A stretch of DNA of 64,000 nt, from the NCBI GenBank assembly GCA_951406725.2, contig OX597821.1, forward strand, positions 79,670,001 to 79,734,000, in the 5' to 3' direction. The position numbers and the translations under genes are program-made. This stretch comes from Octopus vulgaris. Its lineage: Eukaryota. Within the stretch, counting starts at the first letter, position 1. Each line of letters opens with the position of its first letter. Below the pieces are notes generated by a model. The model saw only the letters and a program-made list of their open reading frames with translations. It had not been told where the DNA came from and did no database searches. Shown here in pieces: positions 13,562 to 27,524 of the stretch.

Positions 13562-13750
13562 AGGGAGAGTTTACGAAAGAAACAAAAGACGAAGACAGGT
13601 GGTGTACAAAACAAACAGATGTAGTAGAATAACGCTCAGGAATAGAATAAGTCTTTTACGTTTCGAGCCTACGCTCTTCTACAGAGAGGGACACAGAAAA
13701 AACAAGGAGAGAAAAAATGTATGTAGTGGCTAACGATCTATCATGGCGAC
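13562..13750 (-). mobile_element. GAGCGTAGGCTC-family repeat with minimal hammerhead-like motif
   Basis: Minus strand 13692-13651 reads gtccctct-CTGTAGA-A-GAGC gtag GCTC-GAAAC-GTA-aaagac; the 3' end runs into (TA)n. Confidence 0.7.
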
Positions 13751-14687
13751 TATACATAGACACACACACATATATATGAAATAATTCATTTTTCTTCTAA
13801 CAGCTGAACTCGAAATAGAAAAGCTTTAAAATAATTGCGTGTAAATGTGTTAAAAAGAAGCCTTTTGGTTAGAAAACTCGAAGGCCCCTTTTTATTTATT
13901 TATTATTATTCTTTTACTGGGTGTACCCTGCTTGTTGTTTTTGTGCCGCCATGTTAAAATATGATAGAACAAGAAGAACCAGAATCCTTCTGGTAAACTG
14001 TCATTTTGCCCTAAAGGGCTATTTTCGCCAAACACCCCCGAGTGATATACACCTTTGTTCTGCAATAGTATACACACATTTTCCATGTTTCAAACCAGTT
14101 AGTAAATTCTAATTTGCAAGACCCCAAATAACACGTCTTGACAGCAATAACAAAAAAAAACCCAAAAAACAAAAAAAACGCCAAAAAACAAAACAAAAAA
14201 AACAACAAAAACGGTTTCTGATTTTGGCATGAGGCCATCAATTTTAAGGGTAAACAGTTAGTTGACCCCAGTACTTGACTAGTACTTTAATTCTCCGACA
14301 TCAGAAAACGGCAAGATTTGAAATCAGAACGTAAAGAGTCAAAACAAATTCTGCAACCGTACATGGCATTTTTGTTAGACGATTTATCGATTCCACCACC
14401 ACTACCACCATCACCACGCTGGTACTTATGCTTCATGGTAAATCTGTTTTTTTTCTTTGCCTTTGTAAAAAATACATTCTGCGTTCAAATCTCGCCAAGG
14501 TGATAAATTTTGTATTTTGTCCTCTCGGGCCGACAAAATAATGTACCGGTCACATACTGGAGTCGATGTAATTGACTAACCTCTCCCACCAACATTTTTG
14601 GCCTTGTGCTTGTACTAGAAGCATAATTATTATTGTTGCTGTTGGCAGAATTGCTAGGATTTCGGCAGAATATCTTGCAGCGTAAGT

Positions 14688-14935
14688 GGAGGCGCGTGGC
14701 TTAGTGGTTAGGATATTAGTCTCATGATCGTAAGATTGTGGTTTCGATTCTTGGACCGGGCGATGCGTTGTGTTCTTGAGCAAAACACTTCATTTCACGT
14801 TGCTCCAGTTCACTCAGCTGGCAAAAACGAGTAATCCTGCGACGGACCGGCGTCCCGTCCAGCTGGGGAATTTATGTGCCACAGAAATCAGGAAACCGGC
14901 CCTTATGAGCCTGGCATGGCCCGCGAAGGAAACAT
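14688..14935 (+). mobile_element. tRNA-derived SINE (family B variant)
   Basis: 'ggaggcgcgtggcttagtggttagg' (A box) and 'ggtttcgattc' (B box); 3' part shared with 2012-2306. Confidence 0.75.
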
Positions 14936-16011
14936 TTCTATTTTTTCTTTATTTACCTTGCAGCATATCTTCCATTTCTTTACATTCTGATTTCAAACAC
15001 TGCCGAAGTCAGTTTCTCCTTTCATCTTTCCAGAGTTGATAATATAAAATAAATACCAGTCAAGAACTGGGGTTGATGTAATCGACAAGCAGTCACTACT
15101 CGAAATTGCTGGCCTCGATCTTGAAGCAGAAATCGTAATTTTAGTGGTGTTAGTTACTGGACTGCGCCCGTGTTGGAGCATAGCATTTAAGAGTTTGAAA
15201 TCAACCCTAGAATTTTACCTGAAACTTATTCGAAGCACTGATGTCTTTTTACCATCTCATGCCGTCTTGATTCTGGGTTCAATCTCACTGGGAAACAGAA
15301 ACTTGTGAGGCCTGTTGTACATACATAATACATACACACACACGGGCACACACACACAAAAGAAATCAACTCGCACATTACAATCTGTAAGTGGAACAAT
15401 AAAAGTATGCAAAAGTTTTGTCAAGTTCAAAATGTGAAATTGTTTTTGTTACCTACATCACAACGATGGAGCTTTGTATCTTTGTTAGAAAACAGCTTCC
15501 TTTTTGCAAGAAGACTTCAAATTATTAAAAACAAAAGAGCGTCGGTCGTATGCGTTTATCTTTCGTCAATGTATATTGGCAAATAATACAAACATTGGTG
15601 AGAAAATCAGAAAAAAATTAGTGCTTTTTATAGAAAATCCCTTTAATCAAGGGTCTTTCTTTAAAAAGTATCTGTTCTACTTTGAGGTCCACTAACCCTT
15701 CTTTGTCACTCTCTCCGCCGGAAATACAGTGTTCCGATGATTGGTGCTTCGGAAGCATGTAGCCAACGACACTGTAATTAACCAAATACGATAAGAAGTA
15801 GAATATAGAGTAAAGGCTTTCGTTGATCCACAGTAGAATTGAACTCGGAACTTTGTGGCTGTGAAGCTAGGTCCTGCACAGTCACGCCTCCGCCTTTAAA
15901 AAATTATATTAAATTTAGGTTTGTTTTCAAGTATATAATTAGGACTGACATTGATGTGGATGGATGAGCTGAAAGGGAACACTGAGATATATTAAGTGTT
16001 TCAGAGTGCGT

Positions 16012-16053
<42 letters not shown>

Positions 16054-16820
16054 GAAAGAAATATGTCAAAATTAAAAATGTCATCATGATGGTTTAATGA
16101 TTAGTCTGTAGGAACAAGCAATGAAATTTGATTCAGTTGAATTCAGAATTTAGTATTTAGGAGAGATGTGCCCTTTACCGATTTTAATTTGTTTACCATT
16201 TCAGGCATCATGCTAATGAGTTTTTGATATTGTTTCCTGGGAAATGTCCACCTAAGATGCGATGTAAATGTTTCCTAAGGCATTGTAGCAGCAACTGTTC
16301 TGTTAGCTAACCATATACTAACAGAGAGAATACACTTTCAGAGAACTTAGTGAGACTTAAAATGGATGCTTTTGATTTCTTGTTTTCCTTGGATCATCGA
16401 ATTAAGTGATGCGAAATTAATTTTTAGATTTTGTTCTATTAAATGCTTAGTTTGAAATTACCGATAGCTGAAAAGACAGAATATCGGTCAACCAATTCAA
16501 AGGTCGGAAGTTCATACTTTGACTACTCTCTATTATGGTGTAGCTAGTATGTGTCATTTGTGACAGTCTTCGAGTTTGTAGCTGCCCTCCGGGGGCTCGA
16601 AGCCTTATACAGGCTTATAAAGTAGACCTGAAAGTGCCGCCACCATAAAAGCGTTGCCCTCGAAGATCCCTAGCTACGCTACTGCCCTCTACATTGTGTC
16701 TGAGGTCACAACAGCCCTCTTTAGTCATTGAACATATTTCCCATTTCTTCAATAAAAGCTCTACCCGAACTATTGAAATCCCCTGTTTCCATGGAACTTA
16801 TTAAATTTTAATTCCTTTTT

Positions 16821-17262
16821 GTATTTGGTTTGCGAGTTTCTTGATGTGAATTCGTGTGTTGAAACAAATTTTATTGTGACTTGGAAGAGTCCTTACGCCA
16901 ATATTGGAGCCAGGGCGAAAGTTACTGAAAAGGTCGCGAAAAGCGACGAAAGAACTTTGACTAACAAAAAGCCAATCGATTGTTTATTTTTGTACTTTAT
17001 TTCGAATGCTGAAGTTGCCGTTGTTATAAGTTATAAGTTATAAGTATTTGGTTTGCGAGTTTCTTGATGTGAATTCGTGTGTTGAAACAAATTTTATTGT
17101 GACTTGGAAGAGTCCTTACGCCAATATTGGAGCCAGGGCGAAAGTCACTGAAAAGGTCGCGAAAAGCGACGAAAGAACTTTGACTAACAAAAAGCCAATC
17201 GATTGTTTATTTTTGTACTTTATTTCGAATGCTGAAGTTGCCGTTGTTATAAGTTATAAGTT
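16821..17262 (+). repeat. 223-bp tandem duplication, each unit with a hammerhead-like motif
   Basis: Units start at 16821 and 17044. Motif AGTCA-CTGAAAA-G-GTCGC gaaaa GCGAC-GAAA-GAAC-TT-TGACT at 17143-17185 and 16920-16962. Confidence 0.85.
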
Positions 17263-17499
17263 TAGCGCTAAGTTCACCACGATAAGCTATAGGAACAACA
17301 ACACTGTAAAACAATGTGCAACGTTTCCTGAGAATATGGAGTAAGGCAGTTAAGAAACTTGTGAAAAGGGAACCGTTTAAGTCAGGGTGGTCACTAGAAC
17401 ATGCTACTTGTAGGGCTGAGTTAAAGGCTTGTAATGTCTGAAAGTTCTGAAAGTTTTTATGTATGTAGAACGAAATTCTTTTAGAATGTTTGTTGAGGA

Positions 17500-18200
17500 T
17501 TCTCTTGGTGAAAGAAAAAAGCATGTATATACTTTCGGTGGTGCAGAGGTTGCAGGGTCTATAATTTACAAGGTGTCAATTTGTCTTTGATGAGATGTTC
17601 CATCCTATGGGTTGATATTCCATATTTCTAGATTGCACATCCCAGATGTAACTGGAAAGTTTAGTGTCGTTGCTTCACATTGGGTTTCAGACTGTATACG
17701 TATGTTAATTAAGGAGTAGTGTGAGAGAATTAGAGGTGAAACCGATATATGTCTTAAAAGAGCAGCTTTTGCATACTGTACATTAATAAACGATATTTTT
17801 TCGCTGAACAGTTGGAATTTAGTGTAGAGGTTTTAGTGTGGAGACAATTGCGGTGATTGACTTTAAAGATAAATAGATTAGCGTTCGGTTTGGTTCAGTT
17901 TAGAGAGGTTAGAACAAGTGAGTAGCTGCGAACAGTGTAGGTGTAGAAGAGTAACAAATTTTAATAATATTTCCGTTGAACATTTGGTAACATTTATGCG
18001 GTGTTGTGAAATGTTTCATGAGTACTTGTGCAATAAGTGTGGTAACTGCTACATTAATTGGAGGATTAAAACAATTTATATTTCTTTTCCACTTTCTGTT
18101 TCTAATTCCATGCTTGACTGACCTGGCTTGGTTCTTCAGCAGCATTTTTTCTAAATACCTTCTCGCCCCACTTTATAATACCCAAACGTAAGCTTGTTAA
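17500..18200 (-). pseudogene. Penelope-like element remnant: RT C-terminal linker plus GIY-YIG endonuclease
   Basis: Translation 'RKWKRNINCFNPPINVAVTT...KHF..PHK..QMFN.NIIKICYS', then 'KNIVY*CTV...KTYIGFTS...NDTKLSSYIW...IGWNI...CNLCTTE'; in-frame stops. Confidence 0.8.
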
Positions 18201-18658
18201 TGATTCATAAATATGAATTTTAACAGTCATAATTTTTTATTAAGCCACTCTTCCGACCAAATTTATCCTCTTTATGCCACCGAAATTATGCCTTCACTTT
18301 GTTTTTGGGTTAATTTTCCGTCTCCTTCTCTCTAAAGTATTGATTTTCCTTCATTATTTCTGAAGAATTCTCAAGGATTGTTACACATTTATGAACCTGT
18401 AAGCTAACGAATAAATAACACTAATCTTTGAAGTATTGAGTACTTTACTTAGTTTCTAATTAATCTTGTTATAAGCAGAGCTTATACACACATCCATACA
18501 CATCCACACGCATATACTATGTATGTACATGTATAAATACGTAAACGCATGTGTATGCTTATATGTATGTGGATATGTGTGTGTGTGTGCATGCGCGTGT
18601 GTATTAATATGTATTTGTGTAATTTTCTTTTCAGATTTAAAACCACAATTTAAAGCAC

Positions 18659-18704
<46 letters not shown>

Positions 18705-19274
18705 TGGGCTGTGTGGCACGGTATGAAGATGCTGTAGGCGTCTTAACTGCCACAATTTGCATCATCCTCGTATAATGTTATTACAAATCTATAGTCTTTA
18801 AACACGGCTGTTGATGTTCATACCACAAGCAGACTATTACCAAAAGGTTCCGCTGTTGCTATAAATGGGAACCAAACAAGCCACCACAAGAAGAAACCGT
18901 ATCGAGTTGGAGTCAAGGAAGCTAAACCCCATCTTGTAGCCGTGGAACGAACCTCACATGCAGCTCTCAGAATAGGAGCGATATTGTTTTAGAAACCAGA
19001 ATTATTCCTTAACTTTCTATTTTGTTGTTGTTTTTGCTGTTACTGCTGATGTTGTTGTTGCAGTTGTTATTGTTGTTTTGATGTTGCTGTTGCTGCAGTT
19101 GTTGTTTTATTGGTTTTACACACAAGTGCTTTTAGAATTCCAGCTTCCACCGAAAAGTTCCTGCTCTCTTCTCGTTTACTTCTACGCTTTTCCTTACCGT
19201 TCTTTCTATTCATTTTCATCTGTGCCTATTCCCTCTGCTGCTTCGTTCAGTTTCCCCCTCGTCCTCGTCCGCCC

Positions 19275-19390
19275 TTTCTTCTTCTTCTTCTTCTTCTTCT
19301 TCTTCTTCTTCTTCTTCTTCTTCTTCTTCTTCTTCTTCTTCTTCTTCTTCTTCTTCTTCTTCTTCTTCTTCTTCTTCTTCTTCTTCTTTT
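19275..19390 (+). repeat. (TTC)n microsatellite within a low-complexity trinucleotide region (19020-20110)
   Basis: Long pure TTC run with neighbouring GTT, CAT and CAC runs. Confidence 0.95.
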
Positions 19391-19528
19391 CGTCACCACC
19401 ACCACCACCACCACCAAAATTCTCCTCTTCCTTTTTCAGCCCCTCCTCCTAATCATGTTGTTATTGCAATGTCATCTTCATGTTGAATCATGAAAATCAT
19501 CAACATCATCATCATCATCGTCATTACC

Positions 19529-19560
<32 letters not shown>

Positions 19561-20638
19561 CGTCGTCGTCGTCAAAATTTATTTTTGCTAAACTAACTAA
19601 ACATTTTAAAATACGACTCCTCTCCTCCTCCTCCTCCTCTTCCTCCTCTTCTCACCCTTTTTCTTCTCATTACAGGGTACTGGGTCATAATCGTGCTGTT
19701 ATTCATTGCTATTGTTGTTGTGGCTGCCGTTCCCACCTAACTTGCCAGCCGATGATGCGGCGTGGGAGTGGGTACCCTTATCTTTCCAGCCAGGTAGGTT
19801 GCATTTGTCAATTAAAATTAATATCACATTACTAACTTTATTTTTAGAGAGTTACTTTTAAAACAAACTTAAGTCACGACATTCTTCACGAAAGATTTCT
19901 TTTTTCACCTCTACCCCCCACCCCCCCATCATCACAACACGTATCACCACCATCACCTTCATCACCATCATTACAACAAGTACCACCATCATCACCACCA
20001 TCGCCACTATCATCACAAGTACCACCTCTACCACTACTACAACCACATCACCACCATAACCACTACCATCTCCAACACTACTACCAGCTGAACCATTAGC
20101 ACAACCATGACCCCCACCACCAATATATGCCACATCAAAGAAACAGTTATTAAAAAGATGAATAACCTCTCCCCCCCCCCCCAATAATTCTTATATTTCA
20201 TAGTTTTTTTTTAATTCATATATACATTTTATTGAAATTCTTTTTGAAACAGACTAATTTTATATGGACTATTTGCTGTTCCTGTTACTGTTTTTTTTAT
20301 TGTCTTTTTAAGTGTATATTGATATAATTAGATATAAATTAATATCTATTGCAAATTGATATTTTATTCATACATAATCTATGAATTATATTTTCAATGA
20401 TATATATATATATACGTGTGTGTGCGTGCGTGCGTGTGTGTGTGTGTGAAAACATATACTATGAGAGAAGCAAGCCGAAAAAAAGCCGAGATCGAGCGGG
20501 CTTAATTGATGAAGCAACGGAAATTGCCGAAACTGACATCCGGATATTGTACGATGGGTTGGTGCCTTCCTCTCAGATCGCTCCTTCCAAGTCCAAGTTA
20601 ATGGTTCGCGGTCCGACGTCTCCAGTGCGAGCAGTGGC

Positions 20639-21488
20639 GTGCCTCAAGGTTCAGTGCTTGGGCCCTTATTGTTCTTAGTCTTCATAAATGACTTGCCCGA
20701 CGACCTCACGCAACACACCCTTCTATTTGCCGATGATGTCAAACTGGTCGCTCCTCGCGGTGATACAGAGGATCTTCGTCGATGCCTCCACCAAGTTGGG
20801 AGATGGTCTAACGAATGGGACCTGTGTCTGAACGTGTCAGGTAAAGGACCTGGGTATCTTGGTGGATTCCTCCTTTTCGCCTTCGGCCCAGTGCGTCCAT
20901 GCTGCCAACAAAGCACGCGGAATTCTGTTCTTGATTTCGACGGTCATTCGGAATGCTCACAGCAGCCATATTCATACCGCTCATATGAGACCCATATTGG
21001 AGTACGGGATTCAAGCCTCTTCTCCTTATCTCCTCAAAGACATACAGCATCTCGAAAGAGTCCAGAAGCTGGCTACCCGCATGGTTCTTGGTCTCAAGAA
21101 TTTGTTTTATGAAGAAAGGCTGAAGACGCTCGACCTTTATTCTCTAGAAAAACGACGACGCCGTGGAGATCTCATTCTCACTCACAACATCATAAGCGGA
21201 AAGTGTAACTTCTCGAAAGAGCTGTTCTTCACTCCTGCTCCAGAACGTCGGCTGCGGGGTCATTCCGAAAAGCTCTACCTGCGACGATTTCATCTCAATC
21301 GAAGGAGAGGAGCTTTCTCCGTCCGGGTTGCCAGACGAGATGGTAAAGATGCCGACGACCGCTCGTTTCAAAGTCTCCCTTGACCTCAAGTGGCCTGAAC
21401 TATTTACATGAACACCACCCTGTACATAACTCCATGTCCCCCTACATGGCCTTGCTTTTTGCTTTTTGAGCCAAAAAATTAACTAACT
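20639..21488 (+). pseudogene. CR1/L2-group LINE, 5'-truncated reverse transcriptase with 3' UTR
   Basis: 'VPQGSVLGPLLFLVFINDLPD...LFADDVKL', 'RPILEY...PYLLKDI.HLERVQKLATR', 'RRRRGDLI', 'RGHSEKL'; internal deletions and frameshift; ends in an (AACT)n-like tail. Confidence 0.9.
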
Positions 21489-21511
21489 TATATTAAAAAT
21501 TCTTGATCGTC

Positions 21512-21560
21512 ATTTTTCTGATGAAGGCTGGAGGGTAGATCAGCCGAAACGTTGTGTTAA
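21512..21560 (+). ncRNA. Hammerhead-like core (stem I not intact)
   Basis: CTGATGA(21518-24)-A-GGCTG gagggtagat CAGCC-GAAAC-GTT; stem III ACGT. Confidence 0.55.
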
Positions 21561-22477
21561 CAAGAAACAAGATGAGGACAAATATCCGCCAAATGTAAAT
21601 AATGTAAATAATTGGTTCGGGATGTCTAAAGTCTGTGTTTAACTACTGCAGAAGTTTAGTGGTCAACTTTGCCTTTTATTGTTTTGGGATTGATAAAAGG
21701 CGTGTTGTTGTTGTTGTTGTTGTTGTTCTTCTTCTTCTTCTTCTTCTTCTTCTTCTTCTTCTTCTTCTTCTTCTTCTTCTTCTTCTTCTTCCTGTCTGCC
21801 TCCACTTCCTCCCCCTCTCTAAATCGGCTGTGTTCAGATTCTACAGGTTCATTCGGCGTCAGTATATATGAATATGATAGTGCGGACACAGGCGATCTAA
21901 TTGACCTAAATATACTGGACTTACTAAACAGCTTACTAATTGCAACATCAGAATGTATCGAGACGACGGTTTTTCAGTGTCGCTTCATAATGACGTCACA
22001 CTTTAGATACGTTTAGAAAGAACCTCACAGTGCGGAGCTTAGCTTAGATTTCAATACTTACAAACCTTTCCACAAACCACATGAGGGTCTGTATAGATAA
22101 ACACTTCTGCTGCTATTTTGTAGTTTTTAGAAGTTTAAAAATATTAGTTGGAAGATTCTTAATCTGTCTTCATCTAAAAAAACTTTTGGTAAAGCAGCCC
22201 CTTATTCCAAAAGGACTTTAGTTGGCAGAAGTATTTTGTACTTTTCCAAAACAGCAACTTTCCCATGGTGCAGAAATAGACTCATAAAAATTATCGGCTT
22301 TTCCACCTTTAATGTAGGTAAGAAATTCGTGGCCCTTCCAGATAAGTATTTCCTAGTAAATCAGAGCTACTGGAAGCTTTTCAACTGCAGTAGTGTCAAA
22401 ATTAGATATAACTGTCCCTCTAGCATGGAAATATTTATTACTAGCCATCTTACCAAACAATCTAAACTCTACATTTT

Positions 22478-22585
<108 letters not shown>

Positions 22586-22743
22586 GCCTTAAAGATTTTC
22601 GTCCAGTACCGTACAATTTCCACTTTATTTTCTTCTATTGTAAATATAACAGTGAATTAAATTGAAACTATCTTATTCATCTATTTTCTCTCTGTTGCAG
22701 ATCCACCGACACCAAAGCCGCATCAAGCCCCCACACATTGAAC

Positions 22744-22788
<45 letters not shown>

Positions 22789-24754
22789 ACTCGAAAGAAA
22801 AAAGTTGTAATTTTAATTATTTCCATATTTTTCCATTTTAATATAAGTACCTATGAAATGACTCAACAGTCACGTGTTTGTGGAATAAATCTCTCCAGAA
22901 ACTTTTAGACTTTGAAAAATATTTCAGATTTTGTATTTCTTTTTGTTTCTATTCTTTATTTCCCATATACTTTACTTCTTTCACTCATTAAGCTGTGGCC
23001 CTGCTGGAGCACTGACTTGAAGTGTCTAGTCTGGTACTTAAACTATTAGTCTGTTTTGTCGAACTGCTAAGCCATAGCAACGTAAACAAGGGAACACCGG
23101 TTGTCAAACGTTGGTGAGGGACACACACACACGCATAAAAATGTATGCTACAGGCTTCACATAGTTTCCGCCTACCAAATACACTCACAAGGCATTGGTC
23201 AGCTCAAGGTTATAACAGAAGTCACTTGTCGAAGGTGCTGCGCAGCGGGACTGAACTTAAAACCACGTGGGTACAAAGCGAGCTTCTTCACCACACAACC
23301 ATTATTTTTCTCGTTTGTTTTTGTTATTAAACGAAACCGTTTTATTCTCGATAACCGAATACGATGGGACATTTGATCAACAGCAACCGTAACTGAATAG
23401 ATGTCAACACAAAACTGAAGCATTGGACTGAGAGAAAAATTCACCACTCGTCTTTTTTTCTACTTGGCACTCTATCGTCATGCCTGAAAAGTGGTAAAAT
23501 TTACTCAAATTTCAAAAACTATAACCAAAAGTTGTAGAAGAAGAATAGTGCTACAAAATAAATAAATAGATAAATGTATAAATAAATAAATAAAAAAAAC
23601 AAAGCCTCATAAAACACTACGATGAAAATATTTTTTGTGCTAATTTAAATAACTTTAGAAAGGATCAAAATGCATGGGGGTGGGAAAGGAACGAGTTTAT
23701 CGAACAGCCGAGTATTTGCAATATTTAGGCGACTTCATAGAAAGTAACAGATTGATTTTAAGTAGATCTGCAGATTCGATAAAATCATCATCGTCATTGT
23801 CGTCGTCGTCGTCATCATCATCATCGGTTATGGTTCGTTCTCCATGCTGGCATGGATTAGATGGTTTGCTAGGGATTGGCCAGCTAGAGAATTTTCCAGG
23901 CTCCTTTTGTTTTGGGATAGTTTTTACGGCTGGATGCTCTTCTTAATACCAACCACTGTACGGAGTGTATGAGCGCTTTTACGTGACACCGACACGGGAA
24001 CTTTTATGTAGCACAGACGCTGGTGGAGTTAAAATTCTGTCGAAACCGACTTTACGTTACATCCGTTGTAGTTAATAAAATATACTTACCATTTGAGTTT
24101 TAGGGCCGATCTAATTTATAATATCCATATACTTTTGAATATACTTGAACGTGGTAAGCATAACTTTATACGAATATATTTTATTCAATGAAGCTTCATG
24201 TGACATTATTTATTTAATTCTAGTTTGACCAGGCGTTACGTATACCGGTAAACATTCTGTATGCTGTTTTTATTTGAATAATTCTATTCTTAATCGGACT
24301 GTGAGCAACAGAGTTGGTTTTCGTAGCTAACGAAGCGTAACGACACAGATACGCATGCATTCTACGAGTCCTTGTGGCTACTGACAGGCTCAAATAAAAT
24401 GTATTTTTGCACAAGTCTAGGTGAGCAATATTCTCTCTGGACTATTCCCGCAGTGAAAAGTTTTATCACGTCCGAATACACTCAAGCGTGTTAAACATGA
24501 CTTTACACACACGCGCGCACACATACACACACACACACACATACTTTAACTTTTACTAGGAAAATAATGTTAACTTCGATATTTCGTTTTACTCGCTTTC
24601 AAGAGACTGCGATTTCCTTAGAAGGCGTGCTAGTCGAAACTTGTAGGAATAATATGTAATTCATTAAAAAGTATTCAGTGTAATGTCAAAGTGTTTTCAT
24701 TTTCGTATGTAATGTGAAAAGAAACGTTAGCATACACATACACACATTTAAATG

Positions 24755-24816
<62 letters not shown>

Positions 24817-25199
24817 CAAGAAAATTAGCGGACTTCATCTGACAAAGATAAAAGCTTAAGACTTCAGTATTAAATGAAAAAAAGTCATTGAATAATCTAA
24901 ACCCTACAAGAAGCGAAAGGTGTGAAAAGGTGTGCAAAGAGAAAGTACTGAAAAGACCCCCAAAACTACAAATATATTCGAGAAATATTGACAGCGTGTG
25001 AATCATCTACTATAGAACTGGGAAGCGCCATCTTCGTCAGATCAAAACCATACGAATGTTTACATGTTTGAAATGGCTTTCATTTGTTTTGATGTTTTCA
25101 TTTTAACTCCTCTATCTCTCTTATCTTCCATATTTCCTTTTTATCATATTTTTCTACCTCTTTTTTTCTTATACCCTTCTCCTACCCCGACATTAAGTT

Positions 25200-25700
25200 C
25201 TCGCCCTATTGTTGATGCACCGGTAGTCTTAATTTCTTGATTTTAAGTAGCACCTGAGACGATCAAGCATCAATCATTCACATCTACCAATTAAGAGCTC
25301 TTCCTCTTTAACGGAAAGAAAGTGCTATATTCTAAAAAGTATATTTTATCAAAATATCTCAAATGACTTAGAGAAGTAAGGAGCCTGAATAAGTATCCTC
25401 TGGTAGTTTGGTAAGTTGCTATAACAACGCTCCTTCTCTATATAAATGGCAACAACCTTTGCACTCAGCTTCCCCTCTATGCTTTCATTCCAGCATTGTG
25501 AGGAGATATAGATTCCCAGCCGTAGTGAAGGTCACCAGTTAAGGAGTTTCCATAGTTTGAAGAAACTCTGTAGTAAATGACAAGAGCCCTGCCATTTTTA
25601 CACGCATGAAACGCGAAGTAGCAAACCGCAATAAAGGTAATCGTTCAAGATCAATAACTCAGAATAGTAAATGTCTCAGGGCAGCGAATAGTTTTAGTTC
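25200..25700 (-). pseudogene. Possible decayed Penelope-like RT fragment
   Basis: Weak motifs on the minus strand in RT order: 'TTEFLQ', 'PHNAGMKA', 'RYFDKIYF'. Confidence 0.3.
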
Positions 25701-26182
25701 ACTCAAACTGAGTCAGTATAGAAGGGATTCCAAGTTTTACTTAAATCGTAGTGTATTTCATCGCCTCTATTAGTGATTCTGTTATTATCATTTTTACATT
25801 GTTACACTAAATATTAGCAGAGTCAATGGTATCTTCGCAAATTATTTTTTCGTGAATTAATTGCTCTGTATTGAAATTATTTTCACACTGGTGGCTGCCA
25901 TAATTTCGGCGCAAAACGAATCTGTCGCAGCGCAGACTTCAACCCGACGGGTTGGGAGTCTCAATCATGGTAACGCGTGCTAAGGAAGCTGAGGCTATTT
26001 TGCAGGAACCGGTCCACGTGAGTCCAAATACTAGAATGCACGTCGGGAGATTGTCTCAGCCAGTTTGCCTTCAGACAGTTGATTTCTGTAGTTATTATCA
26101 ATATTTTGTCGATTTAAATAAGAGTTTTGACTGTTATTTCCAGTAGGTAAACATACTTAGTATGTCCTTTAATTAATTTGTA

Positions 26183-26215
<33 letters not shown>

Positions 26216-26392
26216 GTATATTATTTGCTTCGGTCATTTGACTACAGCCATGCTGGAGCACCGGCTTTTGTCGAACAAATCGACCCATTAACTTGCCATT
26301 CTGTGTCTGTTTTCGTTTGTGCATTTACTATACATTTTTTCACTTACTAAGTAACGGTACGCAACGTACCCTAGTTTTTAGTCACAGTAAGT

Positions 26393-26454
<62 letters not shown>

Positions 26455-26468
26455 CATACATACATACA

Positions 26469-26504
<36 letters not shown>

Positions 26505-27512
26505 CGAGGGGCGTTCAATAAGTAATGCTCCTGACCCACTTCTCATAGCAGTAGAGCAACGAAACTTGGCACAGTTATTAGTCTTTTTCTACATAGGAAC
26601 CACCCAGAGTTACGCATTTCTCCCATCGTTTGATGCAGCTGTGGAGACCATTTTTGTAGAAGACCCCAGCTTGGTCATCCAACCACGACGTGACTTCAGA
26701 AATCAAGGCTGCATCATCTGTGAAACGCTTTCCTTTCAAAAACTACTTCATGGCTGGGAAGAGGTGAAAATCAGAGGGTGCAAGGTCAGGAGAGTAGGGG
26801 GATGGGGGAGGAGTTCATAGCTGCACGCCTGTGCTTCTGATCTGGCGACACGCGAGTTATGGACTGGAGCGTTGTCCTGCAGGAGGAGGATGCCTTTGCT
26901 GATCTTGCCCCGCCTTTTGATTTTGATAGCTTCTCTTAATTTCCTCAAAAGTGAAGCATAATAGGCTCCTGTAATTGTGGTACCCTTTGCCAGGAAATCT
27001 GTCGCCACTACTCCGTCCTGGTCCCAGAAGACTGTGAGCATGACCTTGCCAGTGGAGGGCTGCACTCTTGCCTTCTTTGGAGGAGGTGAGTCACGGTGCT
27101 TCCACTGCATTGACTGGGCTTTGGTCTCTGGATCATAGTGATGGACCCAGGTTTCATCCTGTGTAATCAGTCTTTTGAAAAATTTTGACTCATCTTCTTG
27201 GCACATCTCCAAATCCGTTCTCGAGGACTCGACGCGTTCTTGCTTCTGGAAAGGTGTGAACAACCTGGGAATCCATCTGGCAGACACCTTTTGCATATGC
27301 AAATGGTCATGAATGATAGTTTCCACAGACCCGGTTCTAATCTTGACCTCATGGGCTATTTGGCGAATAATTATGCGTCGATCTTCCAAAATGCCTCAGA
27401 AGGGGGGCGACCAGATCTGGGAGCTGTTTCCACAGAGTTCCGACCATGTTTGAATTCACGATGCCAGTGTTTTACAAGGTCATATGATGGGGCATCATCA
27501 CCATAAGTTACT
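26505..27512 (-). mobile_element. mariner-type transposon, 5'-truncated, frameshifted transposase
   Basis: TA|cgaggggcgttcaataagtaatg terminus; 'YGDDAPSY..VKHWHREFK.GR..RSGRP', 'ITQDETWVHHYDP', 'VMLTVFWD', 'LLQDNAPVH', 'LPHPP'. Confidence 0.92.
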
Positions 27513-27524
27513 TTGCCTATTGAC

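Noticed and set aside
20460-20638. GC-rich segment abutting the CR1 5' truncation, possibly a twin-priming inversion
   Set aside because: No homologous sequence in the window and no target-site duplication found to support it.
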